From the IMG/VR virus record IMGVR_UViG_3300043438_001221: 64,000 nt of DNA; one strand, written 5' to 3'. The notes below the pieces were generated by a model. The model searched no databases, was not told the origin of the DNA, and was given only the letters and a program-made list of their open reading frames with translations. The translations under genes were made by a program, and so were the position numbers. Of this stretch, positions 1 to 10,417 are shown piece after piece. The DNA is from a virus. How positions within the stretch are numbered: the stretch's first letter is position 1; each line of letters starts with the position of its first letter.

Positions 1-30
1 AGGATGTGGTGAATAAGATGATCATATTTA

Positions 31-37
31 CTAAATA
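31..37 (+). promoter_or_regulatory. T4-type late promoter core (C/T)TAAATA, representative copy
   Basis: CTAAATA 5 nt before ATG 43. The same motif lies 5-6 nt before starts at 886, 12455, 18694, 19109, 23058, 25775, 31855, 34783, 36220, 43318 and 47664. Resembles the T4 late promoter TATAAATA. Confidence 0.75.
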
Positions 38-42
38 ATGTC

Positions 43-480
43 ATGAGCAAATTTCTTGAGATTCTTGAACAACACGATCCTTCCAACCAATCCAAGATGG
101 ATGCAGCATTTCAGGCGAAATTCTTCCTATATGAACAGGAAGTCCCATTCAGTTCAAAGGGTTCCCAAATTATCCTTCATGCTGAACGGGGTGATATCAT
201 TTTAGAAGCTGTGGGTATGCAAGCCCGACAAGTGGCGGATGCTGAAGAGGACGAGTCTTCTTATGACATTGATTCCGAAGTTGAAAAGCTTGGTGCCAAA
301 GCGATGAAAGGGATACCGGGGTGGTTGGGTAAGCACACCACTAGCGCACAAAAAGCGAAAGCAGCAGCACGAAAACGTGAAAAGGTTGCTGGAAAAGCAG
401 TGGACGCTTATATGAAAAATACTAAAAGTTTGGAAGATTCCATTAAAAATGCTGAAACTAGAACATATAATGTCCATTAA
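43..480 (+). CDS. hypothetical protein (late-promoter gene)
   Basis: 145-aa ORF behind the late promoter motif. Confidence 0.7.
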   Translation: MSKFLEILEQHDPSNQSKMDAAFQAKFFLYEQEVPFSSKGSQIILHAERGDIILEAVGMQARQVADAEEDESSYDIDSEVEKLGAKAMKGIPGWLGKHTTSAQKAKAAARKREKVAGKAVDAYMKNTKSLEDSIKNAETRTYNVH

Positions 481-481
481 C

Positions 482-877
482 ATGAAATCAAAAACTTTAC
501 AACTTATTGAAAGATACCAACGTCTTTTTGAACAGGATAACCAAAATCCTGAAGCTGGTATGGAACAACCACAAGGTGGTGAACAAGCCCCGGAAATGGC
601 TCCAGAAGAGCCAGCAGAGACGATTCCTCTGAGTTCTCCCGCCGAAATCCGTTATATGGAGGATGTGGTTCTGGCGGCTCTCATGGAACCTCCCAGCGGC
701 ACTGATCGAATTGCTTTGGAAAACATTTTGGATTTGCTACGCAGACCCGATAATATCAAGAAAATCCAAGCATCAGGACAAACCGCCAAGGATTTATATC
801 AATCAAAAGTCCTCCCAATTATCCGTCCCGCACAACAAGGACAGGACATTCGGGATATTTCTGACCAAATGAGCTAA
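482..877 (+). CDS. hypothetical protein
   Basis: ORF, probable start ATG 482 directly after the previous stop. Confidence 0.7.
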   Translation: MKSKTLQLIERYQRLFEQDNQNPEAGMEQPQGGEQAPEMAPEEPAETIPLSSPAEIRYMEDVVLAALMEPPSGTDRIALENILDLLRRPDNIKKIQASGQTAKDLYQSKVLPIIRPAQQGQDIRDISDQMS

Positions 878-885
878 ATACTATT

Positions 886-1344
886 ATGAAATTCAAAGGA
901 GAAGAAAATGCCGTGCTTTGGGAGTCCTATACTGGAAGAAGATTCCGACAGGAGGATGCAGAAGAAGACTTCATGGGTGATGATCTTGGAGATGACTTTT
1001 CCGATGATGAGATGGACGATTTTGACGACGACATGGATTTTGGCGATGATATGAGCGATGATCTTGGGGGCGGTCAAGCGCAGGGAATGGTCATGGAAAT
1101 TGATCCCATTGCTCCCGTGGAAGCCCATGAGGTGAATGAGGTTCTGGTATCGGAACTCAAGAAGCTCTCGGAATATGGCAAGCGTCTCTATGATATGAAG
1201 GATTCCGCTGAATTTGAGGATTGGATGGTTTCCGCCATCACCATTGCCTCCACATATGTTTCCGATGTTTGGCACCGTCTGGATGCCAAGGCTGATTTTG
1301 CCAACACTGGCTTTGAGCAAGCTGACGATTTCGAACAATTTTAA
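886..1344 (+). CDS. acidic hypothetical protein, possible internal head protein
   Basis: Late promoter, LWES near the N-terminus, D/E-rich tract. Confidence 0.65.
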   Translation: MKFKGEENAVLWESYTGRRFRQEDAEEDFMGDDLGDDFSDDEMDDFDDDMDFGDDMSDDLGGGQAQGMVMEIDPIAPVEAHEVNEVLVSELKKLSEYGKRLYDMKDSAEFEDWMVSAITIASTYVSDVWHRLDAKADFANTGFEQADDFEQF

Positions 1345-1353
1345 TATAAATGA

Positions 1354-1812
1354 ATGAGAAGTTTCAAGCAATTCTTTGTGGAAAAAAACATCCTCGGTTT
1401 GGAAGAGGACATCGTAGTTGATGGTGTTGGAACCATATCCGCCAAATTGGATACGGGTAATGGTGCTTACAATGTTTTACACGGGGAAGACCTTGAGTTC
1501 GGTAAAGACAGACAAAGCAACCAACCCATAGTAAGATTTACAACCATGAATTCCATACGCCTAGAGAAACCAGTCAAAGATACCATCACCATCAATTTGG
1601 GGGCTGGTAATACGGAGGAACGTCCAATCTGTTTGTTTGATTGTGTGATCGGTGGTAAGAAATTTCCCAACACCCCATTTTCAATTGGTAATAGAGCGGA
1701 CAACGATCATAAGGTTTTAATTGGCAAGGGATTCATAAAAAATGAGCTTGATGCTCTTATAGATGTCGCATTGAGAAATGTGGCAGATCAAAATTTAACA
1801 GCAGATGTCTAA
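1354..1812 (+). CDS. retropepsin-like aspartic protease (RimK-associated protease family)
   Basis: AKLDTGNGA catalytic DTG motif, ERP motif, C-terminal LIG. Confidence 0.75.
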   Translation: MRSFKQFFVEKNILGLEEDIVVDGVGTISAKLDTGNGAYNVLHGEDLEFGKDRQSNQPIVRFTTMNSIRLEKPVKDTITINLGAGNTEERPICLFDCVIGGKKFPNTPFSIGNRADNDHKVLIGKGFIKNELDALIDVALRNVADQNLTADV

Positions 1813-2383
1813 AATCACACAGAAAGATTTGCTTCAGGAAGGTTTTTGGGATAATTTTTCAAAAACTAGCGTGGGTAGAAATGTTAATAAAGCGATTGAG
1901 GCTGGTAAACAAATTTCCAGTATTGTCGCCCCCGAAATACACGATCCGATTAAAAAAGGTGTTGATAAATTTAGAGATGTCAGAGCTTCTATCGCGGAAG
2001 CTGGTAAAACAATTGAGGAAAAAATAGAAAGATGGGTTAAGGAACAAGGAAATTTCGCAATTTCTGAACCTAAGAAAATTGCTACGTATCCTGATGGTAA
2101 AATTCATTATTCGGTTAGGATAGCCGAAAAAGGTGTTAGCGTATTGGATAATTCAGAAGTAGCTGGTCGAATTTATCGAAATCCAAGTGCTGTCGTAGGA
2201 TACAATCCCCGCGATAAGCAATTTAGCTGGGTCAACAAACCGAGAACCGATAGTTACGTCAAATATAAAGGAACTGATGGACATATGTATTATAAATATC
2301 ACGATCCAAATGCTGACGGAGTAGATGAGCGAGTTGATCCTGTGCAACAAGCACCCACCGCTCCAGCATCATCAAAACCATAA
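1805..2383 (+). CDS. hypothetical protein
   Basis: 192-aa ORF coupled to the upstream gene. Confidence 0.65.
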   Translation: MSKITQKDLLQEGFWDNFSKTSVGRNVNKAIEAGKQISSIVAPEIHDPIKKGVDKFRDVRASIAEAGKTIEEKIERWVKEQGNFAISEPKKIATYPDGKIHYSVRIAEKGVSVLDNSEVAGRIYRNPSAVVGYNPRDKQFSWVNKPRTDSYVKYKGTDGHMYYKYHDPNADGVDERVDPVQQAPTAPASSKP

Positions 2384-2422
2384 TAACTCTTGACATTTTC
2401 AAACGTTCTTATAAATCCTCTC

Positions 2423-2641
2423 ATGCAAGTTGAAATTAAAGCACAGGAGGATGAGAATTTTAAATTCACAACAACAGACGAAACGGATGATCTGAAAGAT
2501 GATTCCCATGTCAGTTCAGCAACGCCAGAACAAATTGCGGAACAACCTGTTCAACCGGAACCTCCGAAACGTAGGGAAGCAACGCTGAACAACCCATCGG
2601 GACACGAATGGTTTAATGGAACATCTTGGGGATTGAAATGA
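2423..2641 (+). CDS. hypothetical protein
   Basis: ATG 2423 downstream of TTGACA...TATAAAT. Confidence 0.55.
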   Translation: MQVEIKAQEDENFKFTTTDETDDLKDDSHVSSATPEQIAEQPVQPEPPKRREATLNNPSGHEWFNGTSWGLK

Positions 2642-3429
2642 TAACGAATATCAAAATTCTAAATGGGTTTGCTACGGAGCTTCCTAATTTTCACAAGGGA
2701 ATTGAATTCCAATTCTCGGAAGGACTGAATATATTTTCAGGTTCCAATGGTTGCGGCAAGACCAGTATCCTAAAAATGCTCAAAGCATATTGTGGCATTC
2801 CCAATGGATATGCGGGATGGTCTAGGATTTCCTCGGAACTTGCTTTGGGAGCGCAACAGAGAAGTCACTTTCCTTATGTGTATCGCGCCTATTCTCCGGG
2901 TCAATCCGATTGTATAGTGGGATGGGATGGGACTGCCACCTTCTATAATGAGGGGGATGTGAAGATTGACCAATGGGCATGGTTCACCCACAAGGAAATC
3001 TCCTCGGAAGATGGTATGACCACGGAAGAGGAACACATGGATGCCATGATTGAAAAGCCATCATCCGGTCAATATCGCATGAAAAAGCTCAACAAGCTCT
3101 TCAACATGCTCAAGAGTCCTCCCGATCTTACCAAGTATGTTTCATCTCATCCCGCTCAAGTCGGAGAAGTTGATTATATTCGTTCTCTACCACGCATGGG
3201 GAGGGTGACATTGCTTCTAGATGAGCCTGAGAGGGCATTGTCGTTGCCCAAGCAGATGGAACTGTTCGCTCTTCTGAAACGCATGTCCAAGGACTACCAG
3301 ATCATCGTTGCAACCCATTCCCCTTTTGTTTGTCTCATGGATTTGGATGCTAAGATATACGATATTGAAGCGGGGTATTCGGCGGAATGTAAAAATATCA
3401 TTGAAAATTTGGTGAATAATAGTAAATAG
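2638..3429 (+). CDS. ABC/SMC-type P-loop ATPase
   Basis: Walker A GSNGCGKT, SSGQ signature-like motif, Walker B LLLDEPE, H-loop ATHS. Confidence 0.8.
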   Translation: MITNIKILNGFATELPNFHKGIEFQFSEGLNIFSGSNGCGKTSILKMLKAYCGIPNGYAGWSRISSELALGAQQRSHFPYVYRAYSPGQSDCIVGWDGTATFYNEGDVKIDQWAWFTHKEISSEDGMTTEEEHMDAMIEKPSSGQYRMKKLNKLFNMLKSPPDLTKYVSSHPAQVGEVDYIRSLPRMGRVTLLLDEPERALSLPKQMELFALLKRMSKDYQIIVATHSPFVCLMDLDAKIYDIEAGYSAECKNIIENLVNNSK

Positions 3430-3439
3430 GGGAGAAATC

Positions 3440-3784
3440 ATGGGTGAAAATGATATAATTAAAAAATGGAAACCTCTTTTAGAATGGTCTTCACGAAAAG
3501 TTCCACCACTATCAATTGAAAAATATTTAGAGGTTGCCTTGATTTTGGAAAAATGTGAATCGGATTTTATAGAAAATGCTCTTATCTCGAAAAGATTAAT
3601 CCCCCAAATACGAAAAAATGAAGGGGAGTTGGAAACGGTTATTATAAATGATGTAGAACATTACGTTATTGACTGTTTTGAAGAAAAATATGCTATAAGT
3701 CCAGAAAATTATATGGAAATACACTCTTTTACAACTGGATATGATCTGAAGGGGTATAAGTTTGTAAATGGCGAATGGATTTAA
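3440..3784 (+). CDS. small protein resembling the N-terminal segment of gp23
   Basis: IIKKWKPLLEWSSRKVPPL..ALILEKCE..RLIPQIRK aligns by eye with gp23 VAKWRKVLDYSSDSIPAI..AMLLENQE..ILIPMIRR. Confidence 0.6.
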   Translation: MGENDIIKKWKPLLEWSSRKVPPLSIEKYLEVALILEKCESDFIENALISKRLIPQIRKNEGELETVIINDVEHYVIDCFEEKYAISPENYMEIHSFTTGYDLKGYKFVNGEWI

Positions 3785-3796
3785 TTAAATAAAAAT

Positions 3797-4027
3797 ATGA
3801 GTGGTCACTTTTCACAAAAATACGGGGGTTCTGCTGGTGCCATTTTGGACGCTTGGGGTCAGGATCGAATTAATGCAGAGATTGGGGAGCTTTATGAGCA
3901 ACATGTATTCGGTAAGAAGAGCATTGACATGAACGAACTCCTGAACGAATTTCATGGACAGAAAACTGGCGGTGCTGTGAGGCATTCCGCCGATTTGAAG
4001 ACTGCTCCTAAAGGGGGCTTACTGTAA
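3797..4027 (+). CDS. hypothetical protein
   Basis: 76-aa ORF behind TTAAATA. Confidence 0.6.
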   Translation: MSGHFSQKYGGSAGAILDAWGQDRINAEIGELYEQHVFGKKSIDMNELLNEFHGQKTGGAVRHSADLKTAPKGGLL

Positions 4028-4037
4028 GGATAATATT

Positions 4038-4421
4038 ATGAAAAAAGAAATATACGAAAGACAATATCCCATGACGGAAGATGAGAAAAAGGAAGCTACC
4101 GAAATTGCTGGGCATTTGGCAACACATTATCTAAACGCTGTTTGGAATACAATACATGGTCAAGCATCTCCAAAAGATGTGGTAAATATCCAAGATAAAT
4201 ATGATCAGGTCAAACATCAAGTTGTAAAAGATTATGAGAAATCCCTGAATGAAAAGGTTCTCAAGTTCTTCATGTTGAAGCGTAAGAAGAAAAATGAAAA
4301 GATTTCCATTGATGATGTTGTAAGCATTATCAAATATAAGTTAGTATCCAAACCAAAGAGGAAATTGGCATGTTTCATGTGGGATAAAGAATATAATATC
4401 TATCCGTTGGTGAGACGATAA
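4038..4421 (+). CDS. hypothetical protein
   Basis: 127-aa ORF. Confidence 0.6.
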   Translation: MKKEIYERQYPMTEDEKKEATEIAGHLATHYLNAVWNTIHGQASPKDVVNIQDKYDQVKHQVVKDYEKSLNEKVLKFFMLKRKKKNEKISIDDVVSIIKYKLVSKPKRKLACFMWDKEYNIYPLVRR

Positions 4422-5159
4422 TCACACGCCGAGAATTTGTGTAATATGACGCAAGATCGGTGATCTGACAATATCAGCATTATCAAATTTCAAGCAATGA
4501 ATTTCATTCTTTCTTGAGAACTCTTGATCGAATTTATCAAAAACTTCTTTAAATCCTGAGTCGTTAATGTCATTCTGCTTGGTATCTCCGATTACAAAGT
4601 AGTGGGAACCCCTACCAAATCTGGATAAGCAACTGGAAAGTTCTTTTTTTGTCGCATTTTGGCTTTCGTCTATAATAACAGCACTATTATGGAATGTTAA
4701 TCCGCGAATAAAGTTGACTGGCATAGCTTTAATGTATTCTTGTTCCATCAATGCTTTATATGTGGAAATGCTTGTCATCTCGTTCAGCTTATCAATAAGT
4801 GGCATTGAGAAGTATAAAAATTTGTCGTCTAGTTCTCCGGGTAACGCGCCCAAAGAACGAGAAGCACTTTCCACTATTGTCCTGACATAGATGATTCTAT
4901 CAACTTGTCTGTTTTTCAACAATTCCAATGCTCCGTAAACAGCTACTTGCGTTTTCGCACTACCTGCTGGACCATCTACAAAGACCATATTAGTCTTCGG
5001 GTTTTGTGTTAATTGATAAAATTTGATTTGATTATCAGTTAAATGTGGCAACTTTTTGAGGTCTATATTAGACAGATCAAAGTTCTTTTTGTAATGATCG
5101 GTGATTTCATCTGTGATATCCAACTCTTTCCTCCTGCGAGGTGCTTTTTTGGTAGCCAT
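4422..5159 (-). CDS. phoH: PhoH family ATPase
   Basis: GPAGSAKT, LGALPG, RGLTF, IIDESQN, GDTKQND and DIVRS motifs. Confidence 0.92.
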   Translation of the reverse strand: MATKKAPRRRKELDITDEITDHYKKNFDLSNIDLKKLPHLTDNQIKFYQLTQNPKTNMVFVDGPAGSAKTQVAVYGALELLKNRQVDRIIYVRTIVESASRSLGALPGELDDKFLYFSMPLIDKLNEMTSISTYKALMEQEYIKAMPVNFIRGLTFHNSAVIIDESQNATKKELSSCLSRFGRGSHYFVIGDTKQNDINDSGFKEVFDKFDQEFSRKNEIHCLKFDNADIVRSPILRHITQILGV

Positions 5160-5220
5160 GTATTATTACTTAGCCAAAATCGCTTGCAATTTGATAATAC
5201 TCTGTTAAGTTAATATCATT

Positions 5221-5955
5221 ATGAGACTAGCAATTAGCGGCACACAAAATTCTGGAAAATCCACGTTAGTAAAAGCATTCCTCCAGAAATGGCCCATGTA
5301 TGCCACACCAGCCAAAACATACAGGGATGTAATCAAGGAAAACAATCTTTCCCATTCTTCCAATACCACGGAAGAAACCCAATTATTGATTCTTGATCAT
5401 CTCACACAATCTTTGGATACACATAAGGATATAAAACACATCATCTATGACCGCTGCCCCCTTGATTGTCTTGCTTACACATTACATGCCGCTGAAAAAG
5501 ATTTGGTATCCGAAGATGTTTTGGGCGTGACGGTGGATATTGTTCGTCGTTCTCTGAAAAATCTTGATATCATCTTCTGGCTGAAATACGATCCAGCTAT
5601 CAAGATCGTTGATGATGGGACACGTGACACCAACCTTAATTACATTCGGGAAATTGATGATATCTTCGCGGGACTTTTCGAGCAATATTCCGATCATTTG
5701 GGCAATACACCGTTCTTCATTGCGGAAGATTGTCCCGCCATCATCCCCGTTGACATGACAAATCTCGATGATAGGATTGCATGGATTGGAGAGTTCCTTG
5801 ACCAGAAAGGCGATCTGATTGAGACGGGAGAAAGCGTTCTTGATCCCAAGAATCTGGAGATGATGGAACAAATGCTGAAAGACCAAGGACTTTGGATTGA
5901 GAAGGATCAGCAATACAAGAATCTGAAGGATCAGATCAAGAATTTTAAAATATGA
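5221..5955 (+). CDS. P-loop nucleotide kinase-like protein (AAA_28 type)
   Basis: N-terminal ISGTQNSGKST and YDRCPLD motifs. Confidence 0.7.
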   Translation: MRLAISGTQNSGKSTLVKAFLQKWPMYATPAKTYRDVIKENNLSHSSNTTEETQLLILDHLTQSLDTHKDIKHIIYDRCPLDCLAYTLHAAEKDLVSEDVLGVTVDIVRRSLKNLDIIFWLKYDPAIKIVDDGTRDTNLNYIREIDDIFAGLFEQYSDHLGNTPFFIAEDCPAIIPVDMTNLDDRIAWIGEFLDQKGDLIETGESVLDPKNLEMMEQMLKDQGLWIEKDQQYKNLKDQIKNFKI

Positions 5956-6794
5956 GTGAAAAAATCGGATTAGCAATCATAACCAAACAACCACGGGACA
6001 CGTTTCCAGAGGCTTTTGATTTTTGGCATCACATGGTAGATCATGTTGTTGTTGTGAACGATGGGGATGAATTTACATACGATTGGAGTGCAGGATTTAG
6101 AAATAAATATGTTGGTAGATTTCCTGAAACCACTTTAACATATCTCAAAAATCCTGAGAACTTGGGAGTCGCCACCTCAAAAAACAACGCGATGCGACAT
6201 CTTTTGAATCAAGGATGTGATCATATCTTTATCATGGAAGATGATATGCGAATAATTGATAATGGGATTTTTGATGCTTATATCAATGCTTCCAAGAAGA
6301 GTGGCATCCAACATCTGATGTTTGGCTACCATGGACCAGCCAACAAAAACGGCATCTCCCACGGTAAACCATGTCCCCGATTGGTGGTGGATTATGGGGA
6401 TTTCTCCCTAGCATTCAACCAACATTGTGTGGGAGCGTTTTGTTATTATTCCCGCAAATGTCTGGAAGATGTTGGTCTAATTGACGAGAAATTTCGAAAC
6501 GCTTTTGATCATGTTTCCCATAGCTACGAGCTTGCCCTGAAAGGATATTCCACTCCTTATTGGTGGTGGGCAGACTTGGCAAATTCCTTGGATTATATTG
6601 AAGAGCAAGCGTGTTCGGAGGAAAATTCGTCCATCAAGACCCCAGAATCCATGCAGAAATGGGAGAGTAATATTCGTGGTTCCATGGATTATTTCAAGGA
6701 GAAATTCGGTGTTTATCCTTTTGGAAGTGATGGTGTTCGGGATACGGATGAAAAAGATGTATTGACTTTCTTAAAAACTAAGCGACAATCCTGA
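5952..6794 (+). CDS. glycosyltransferase family 2
   Basis: VVVNDG, NLGVATSKN, IFIMEDD, VGLIDEKF. Confidence 0.85.
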   Translation: MSEKIGLAIITKQPRDTFPEAFDFWHHMVDHVVVVNDGDEFTYDWSAGFRNKYVGRFPETTLTYLKNPENLGVATSKNNAMRHLLNQGCDHIFIMEDDMRIIDNGIFDAYINASKKSGIQHLMFGYHGPANKNGISHGKPCPRLVVDYGDFSLAFNQHCVGAFCYYSRKCLEDVGLIDEKFRNAFDHVSHSYELALKGYSTPYWWWADLANSLDYIEEQACSEENSSIKTPESMQKWESNIRGSMDYFKEKFGVYPFGSDGVRDTDEKDVLTFLKTKRQS

Positions 6795-6796
6795 AT

Positions 6797-7009
6797 ATGA
6801 AAGAAAAAATCTATCCGATCAGAACGGTCGAAGAATTTAAAGAATCAGCAGCGAATTGGGAATTTGCCACGATGGTATCAACAAGCTCTGACAACAGAGA
6901 AGAAATTGAAAAGGCTGATGTTATTTGTAGTATTGAAGAAAAAAGGTGGGATGAGTGTAGGCATCTTTTTGAATTTAGTGAAGATGGTGATTTAGTAGGA
7001 TTAAAATGA
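6797..7009 (+). CDS. hypothetical protein
   Basis: 70-aa ORF coupled within the operon. Confidence 0.55.
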   Translation: MKEKIYPIRTVEEFKESAANWEFATMVSTSSDNREEIEKADVICSIEEKRWDECRHLFEFSEDGDLVGLK

Positions 7010-7815
7010 AAACAGATTTAAGTAACATTGGCTTAATGATCCACTTCCGTAGGGATGTGGATGACCGCTTTCGCAATCTGGAAATGGTTGTGAAATTTTA
7101 TAGAGAAAATTCTGACAATCTCCAGATCGCCATTCTGAATGACGATAAGGAATTGGATAAGGACTTCAAGAGACTCTGCAAGCAATACGATTGTAAGGGT
7201 CTGTTCATGGAAAATTCTGATGTCTATTGGAGAACCAAGGCATTCAATGAGATGTCCAAGATTCTGGATGTGGATTATCTGATTGCAGGAGATACCGATG
7301 TGATCGTTGATCCGAAATTTATTTTGGAATCGAAACAATTGTTTGATAGTAATGTCGGGATTGTATATCCTTACAACGGAATGTTCATCCATTTGAAGCA
7401 ACCAATGTTTGAAATGTTCGCCGTAGATCAATCCTTAGTTGACCTATTGGACAAATCTCAAACACTCAAACCAATTCCTTATGATCAGGATGAGAACTTT
7501 TTAGTCGCCCATCCGCAAAGCAAGGGGGGAATGGTGATGTTCAAAAAGGATGTATTTGTTGAATGCAATGGATACAATCCCAATTTCAAAGGATGGGGGT
7601 ATGAGGATGACGAGATTCTGGCTAGATTTCAGAAGATGGGTTGGGGTATTCTACGGGTTAATAATGCGGAAGCGATTGCATGGCATTTGCCACATGAGAA
7701 TACCGTGAGAGAGAAGCATCCATATTACGATAACAATCGGAGACATTCTGATTTTGTTTGTGGGGATACGAAGTGGGAGGATTTGGAACGATATATTTGG
7801 AGTTGGACGATATAA
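7006..7815 (+). CDS. GT2/GT7-type (galactosyltransferase-like) glycosyltransferase
   Basis: DxD motif (DTD) and GYNPNFKGWGYEDDE (GT7 C-terminal motif). Confidence 0.85.
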   Translation: MKTDLSNIGLMIHFRRDVDDRFRNLEMVVKFYRENSDNLQIAILNDDKELDKDFKRLCKQYDCKGLFMENSDVYWRTKAFNEMSKILDVDYLIAGDTDVIVDPKFILESKQLFDSNVGIVYPYNGMFIHLKQPMFEMFAVDQSLVDLLDKSQTLKPIPYDQDENFLVAHPQSKGGMVMFKKDVFVECNGYNPNFKGWGYEDDEILARFQKMGWGILRVNNAEAIAWHLPHENTVREKHPYYDNNRRHSDFVCGDTKWEDLERYIWSWTI

Positions 7816-7824
7816 TTAAATAAT

Positions 7825-8601
7825 ATGGAAGATGAATTAATCATTAGCCACAATGCTGGTTTTTTTTCGTGTAGTTCAGTGGCGTTGAATCAAATAGTTG
7901 ATTATGTGAATATTCACAATCGCTTACCGAGTAATATAAATAGATCATGCCAATACAGTGAATATAAAATAAACATGAATGATAATTTAATTCAATTATT
8001 ATTTGATGACGAAAACACTGAATATAATTTTGAATCAATTATTGATTATCAGCATAATCGACAGTTTACTCCGTATAAAAATTTGGAATATGAGAAAATT
8101 TTTCCATTGGTTGCTAAGTATTTCACCCCATCCAAATCAATTTATAATATTATTGATAAAATTGAAAATTCTCTCAATATAAATTATGATGATACTATCG
8201 CGGTTTGTTATAGGGGAAATGATAAATGGACGGAAACTTCCATTGCAACATATGAAGAATTTATTGATAAATGTGAAAGCCTGAACGCTGAAAATAAAAC
8301 ATTTTGTTTACAAACAGATGTGAAAGAATTTTTTGATTTATTTGTGAGTCGGTTTCCAAATACCATATATAATCCTAATTTGGATATGATTAACCACAAT
8401 CCATCCACCAGCATTCATTACACATATCCCAAAAATTCCGAAGAAAGATTGAATCACGGTATGAATTTATTTGCAAATGTATATGTATTATCTAAGTGTT
8501 CGCAGATCGTAACTTACAGTGGCAATGTTGGAATCTGGATATGTTTATATAGAAATAAATCAAAGGGTATTCATCAGTATTTAAACGGGGAGTGGGTGTA
8601 A
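7825..8601 (+). CDS. putative fucosyltransferase (NodZ/GT23-like)
   Basis: AGFFS, VCYRGNDK (HxRxxDK-like), LQTD and LSKC...SGNV motifs. Confidence 0.65.
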   Translation: MEDELIISHNAGFFSCSSVALNQIVDYVNIHNRLPSNINRSCQYSEYKINMNDNLIQLLFDDENTEYNFESIIDYQHNRQFTPYKNLEYEKIFPLVAKYFTPSKSIYNIIDKIENSLNINYDDTIAVCYRGNDKWTETSIATYEEFIDKCESLNAENKTFCLQTDVKEFFDLFVSRFPNTIYNPNLDMINHNPSTSIHYTYPKNSEERLNHGMNLFANVYVLSKCSQIVTYSGNVGIWICLYRNKSKGIHQYLNGEWV

Positions 8602-8609
8602 TTTTGTAT

Positions 8610-9296
8610 ATGAAACCTAAATTTTCAATATGTATCCCCGTGTGGGAACAGCACGGATTCGGTCTTCAATATTTAAAATACCTTATTCATTCCATACAAA
8701 TTCAGTCGTTTCAAGATTATGAATTGGTTATTTCGGATCATAGTCAAAACAGAGAAATTTTTGAATATTTAGACTCAGAGACATTTGATTTAATATATTT
8801 AAAATATGATGAAAATTATGGAAATGGTGTAGCCAATCTCAACAATGCGCTAAAAATGGTGAATGGGAAAATCATTAAGATCATGTTTCAAGATGACTTC
8901 ATGTTTGACCGTAGATGTCTGGAAAAATTTGATAAAACATTTCAGGATGAAAATACCAAATGGGCTGTTTGTGGATGTAATCATACCAGAGATGGTGTGA
9001 ATTTTGAAAGACCCATGGTTCCGTCTTGGAATGACAAATTGTTGGAAGGTGTGAACACGATCAGTTCACCATCCGTTCTGGCGTTTCGTAATGAAAACGT
9101 GGAATTGTTTGATGAGAACTTGACAATGCTCATGGATACGGCATACTACTACCGATTGGGAGAACGATACGGATTACCTACAGTAATTGATGATTGCTTG
9201 GTGTCGAATCGTTGTCATGAGAATCAGATCAGCAGTAGGTATAGTGGAAATTTGGAAGAAGAGATCAAATATTGTAAAGAAAAATATGGAAAATGA
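8610..9296 (+). CDS. glycosyltransferase family 2
   Basis: FSICIP, ELVISD, NLNNAL, MFQDD. Confidence 0.85.
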   Translation: MKPKFSICIPVWEQHGFGLQYLKYLIHSIQIQSFQDYELVISDHSQNREIFEYLDSETFDLIYLKYDENYGNGVANLNNALKMVNGKIIKIMFQDDFMFDRRCLEKFDKTFQDENTKWAVCGCNHTRDGVNFERPMVPSWNDKLLEGVNTISSPSVLAFRNENVELFDENLTMLMDTAYYYRLGERYGLPTVIDDCLVSNRCHENQISSRYSGNLEEEIKYCKEKYGK

Positions 9297-9528
9297 TTTA
9301 AATATTAGTGATTGTAGGGAATACCTTGCAATGAATTTAATACACTTGGAAAATTTGGTAGTGGAAATGAACCACTTAACCAGTAAAATCGAAAATGATG
9401 ACTTAAAAAGTGTGTGTGAAGAATTGAAGAGAAGATTGAAAATTGTTCGCAAAAATAGCGTTCAAGCGTTGAACGCATCATTGGGTTACACATATACAGT
9501 GCCACATTATCGTTATGATAGTAACTGA
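9286..9528 (+). CDS. hypothetical protein
   Basis: Short ORF overlapping both neighbours in the operon. Confidence 0.45.
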   Translation: MENDLNISDCREYLAMNLIHLENLVVEMNHLTSKIENDDLKSVCEELKRRLKIVRKNSVQALNASLGYTYTVPHYRYDSN

Positions 9529-10417
9529 AATCTACAACGGCCAAGGGCTAGGCAATCAGCTTGCTTGTTACGTAACAACGCGAGTGGTTGCCAAGGATAA
9601 GGGATTTGATTTTGGTATTATGAATCCCCACAAGTTCAAGTGTTTGGACTTCATGGATTTGGATTTCGGATTGCCCGTCACGGGTGGTTCGGGAGGAGAG
9701 GGGGGACCACCCGATACGCTTCCAGATGGTATTCAATATTACTTTAAGGAGAAATGGTTATATCTTCCCAACGGTTCCAATGTGACGATTGATGATCCCA
9801 ATCTGGAACTGATTCAAGACAACACCAAAATTGATGGTATCTTCCAATCAGAAGATCGAATCATTCATCGCAAGGACGAGATTCGTCAATGGTTGAAAAT
9901 CAAACCAGAAAAAGATTGTTGGGATTATTCCGATCCGAATATTTGCATTATCAATTATCGGGGAGGGGAATACGCAAGCGTTCGTGATTTCCATCTTCAT
10001 GATCAATATTGGAAAGATGCTGTTCAGGACATGTTGGCGATAAATCCTAATTTTAGATTTGTGGTGATCACTGATGATGTGGAACGAGCGTCCAAACAAT
10101 TTCCTTTTTATGAGGTGAAACATTTTGATATTGCAAAGGATTTTACCATCATCAAGAATGCTCATTATCTGATCCTATCCAATTCCAGCTTCCCATATTT
10201 CGCTACTCTGTTGAGCGATACAGTGAAATATATTTTAGCTCCCAAGTATTGGGGGCGATACAATATTTCAGATGGTTATTGGTCGTGTGGTTATAACATT
10301 TTTAGAAATCATAATTATATAGATCGGGGAGGAAATCTATTTACATGGGAAGAATGTGTGGTAGAATATGAGGGATACAAAAAACGAACGGGGATTTATG
10401 ACAATACAAGAAATTAA
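9515..10417 (+). CDS. alpha-1,2-fucosyltransferase-like (GT11)
   Basis: GQGLGNQL, GIFQSE, INYRGGEY, VITDD, ILSNSSF. Confidence 0.82.
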   Translation: MIVTEIYNGQGLGNQLACYVTTRVVAKDKGFDFGIMNPHKFKCLDFMDLDFGLPVTGGSGGEGGPPDTLPDGIQYYFKEKWLYLPNGSNVTIDDPNLELIQDNTKIDGIFQSEDRIIHRKDEIRQWLKIKPEKDCWDYSDPNICIINYRGGEYASVRDFHLHDQYWKDAVQDMLAINPNFRFVVITDDVERASKQFPFYEVKHFDIAKDFTIIKNAHYLILSNSSFPYFATLLSDTVKYILAPKYWGRYNISDGYWSCGYNIFRNHNYIDRGGNLFTWEECVVEYEGYKKRTGIYDNTRN

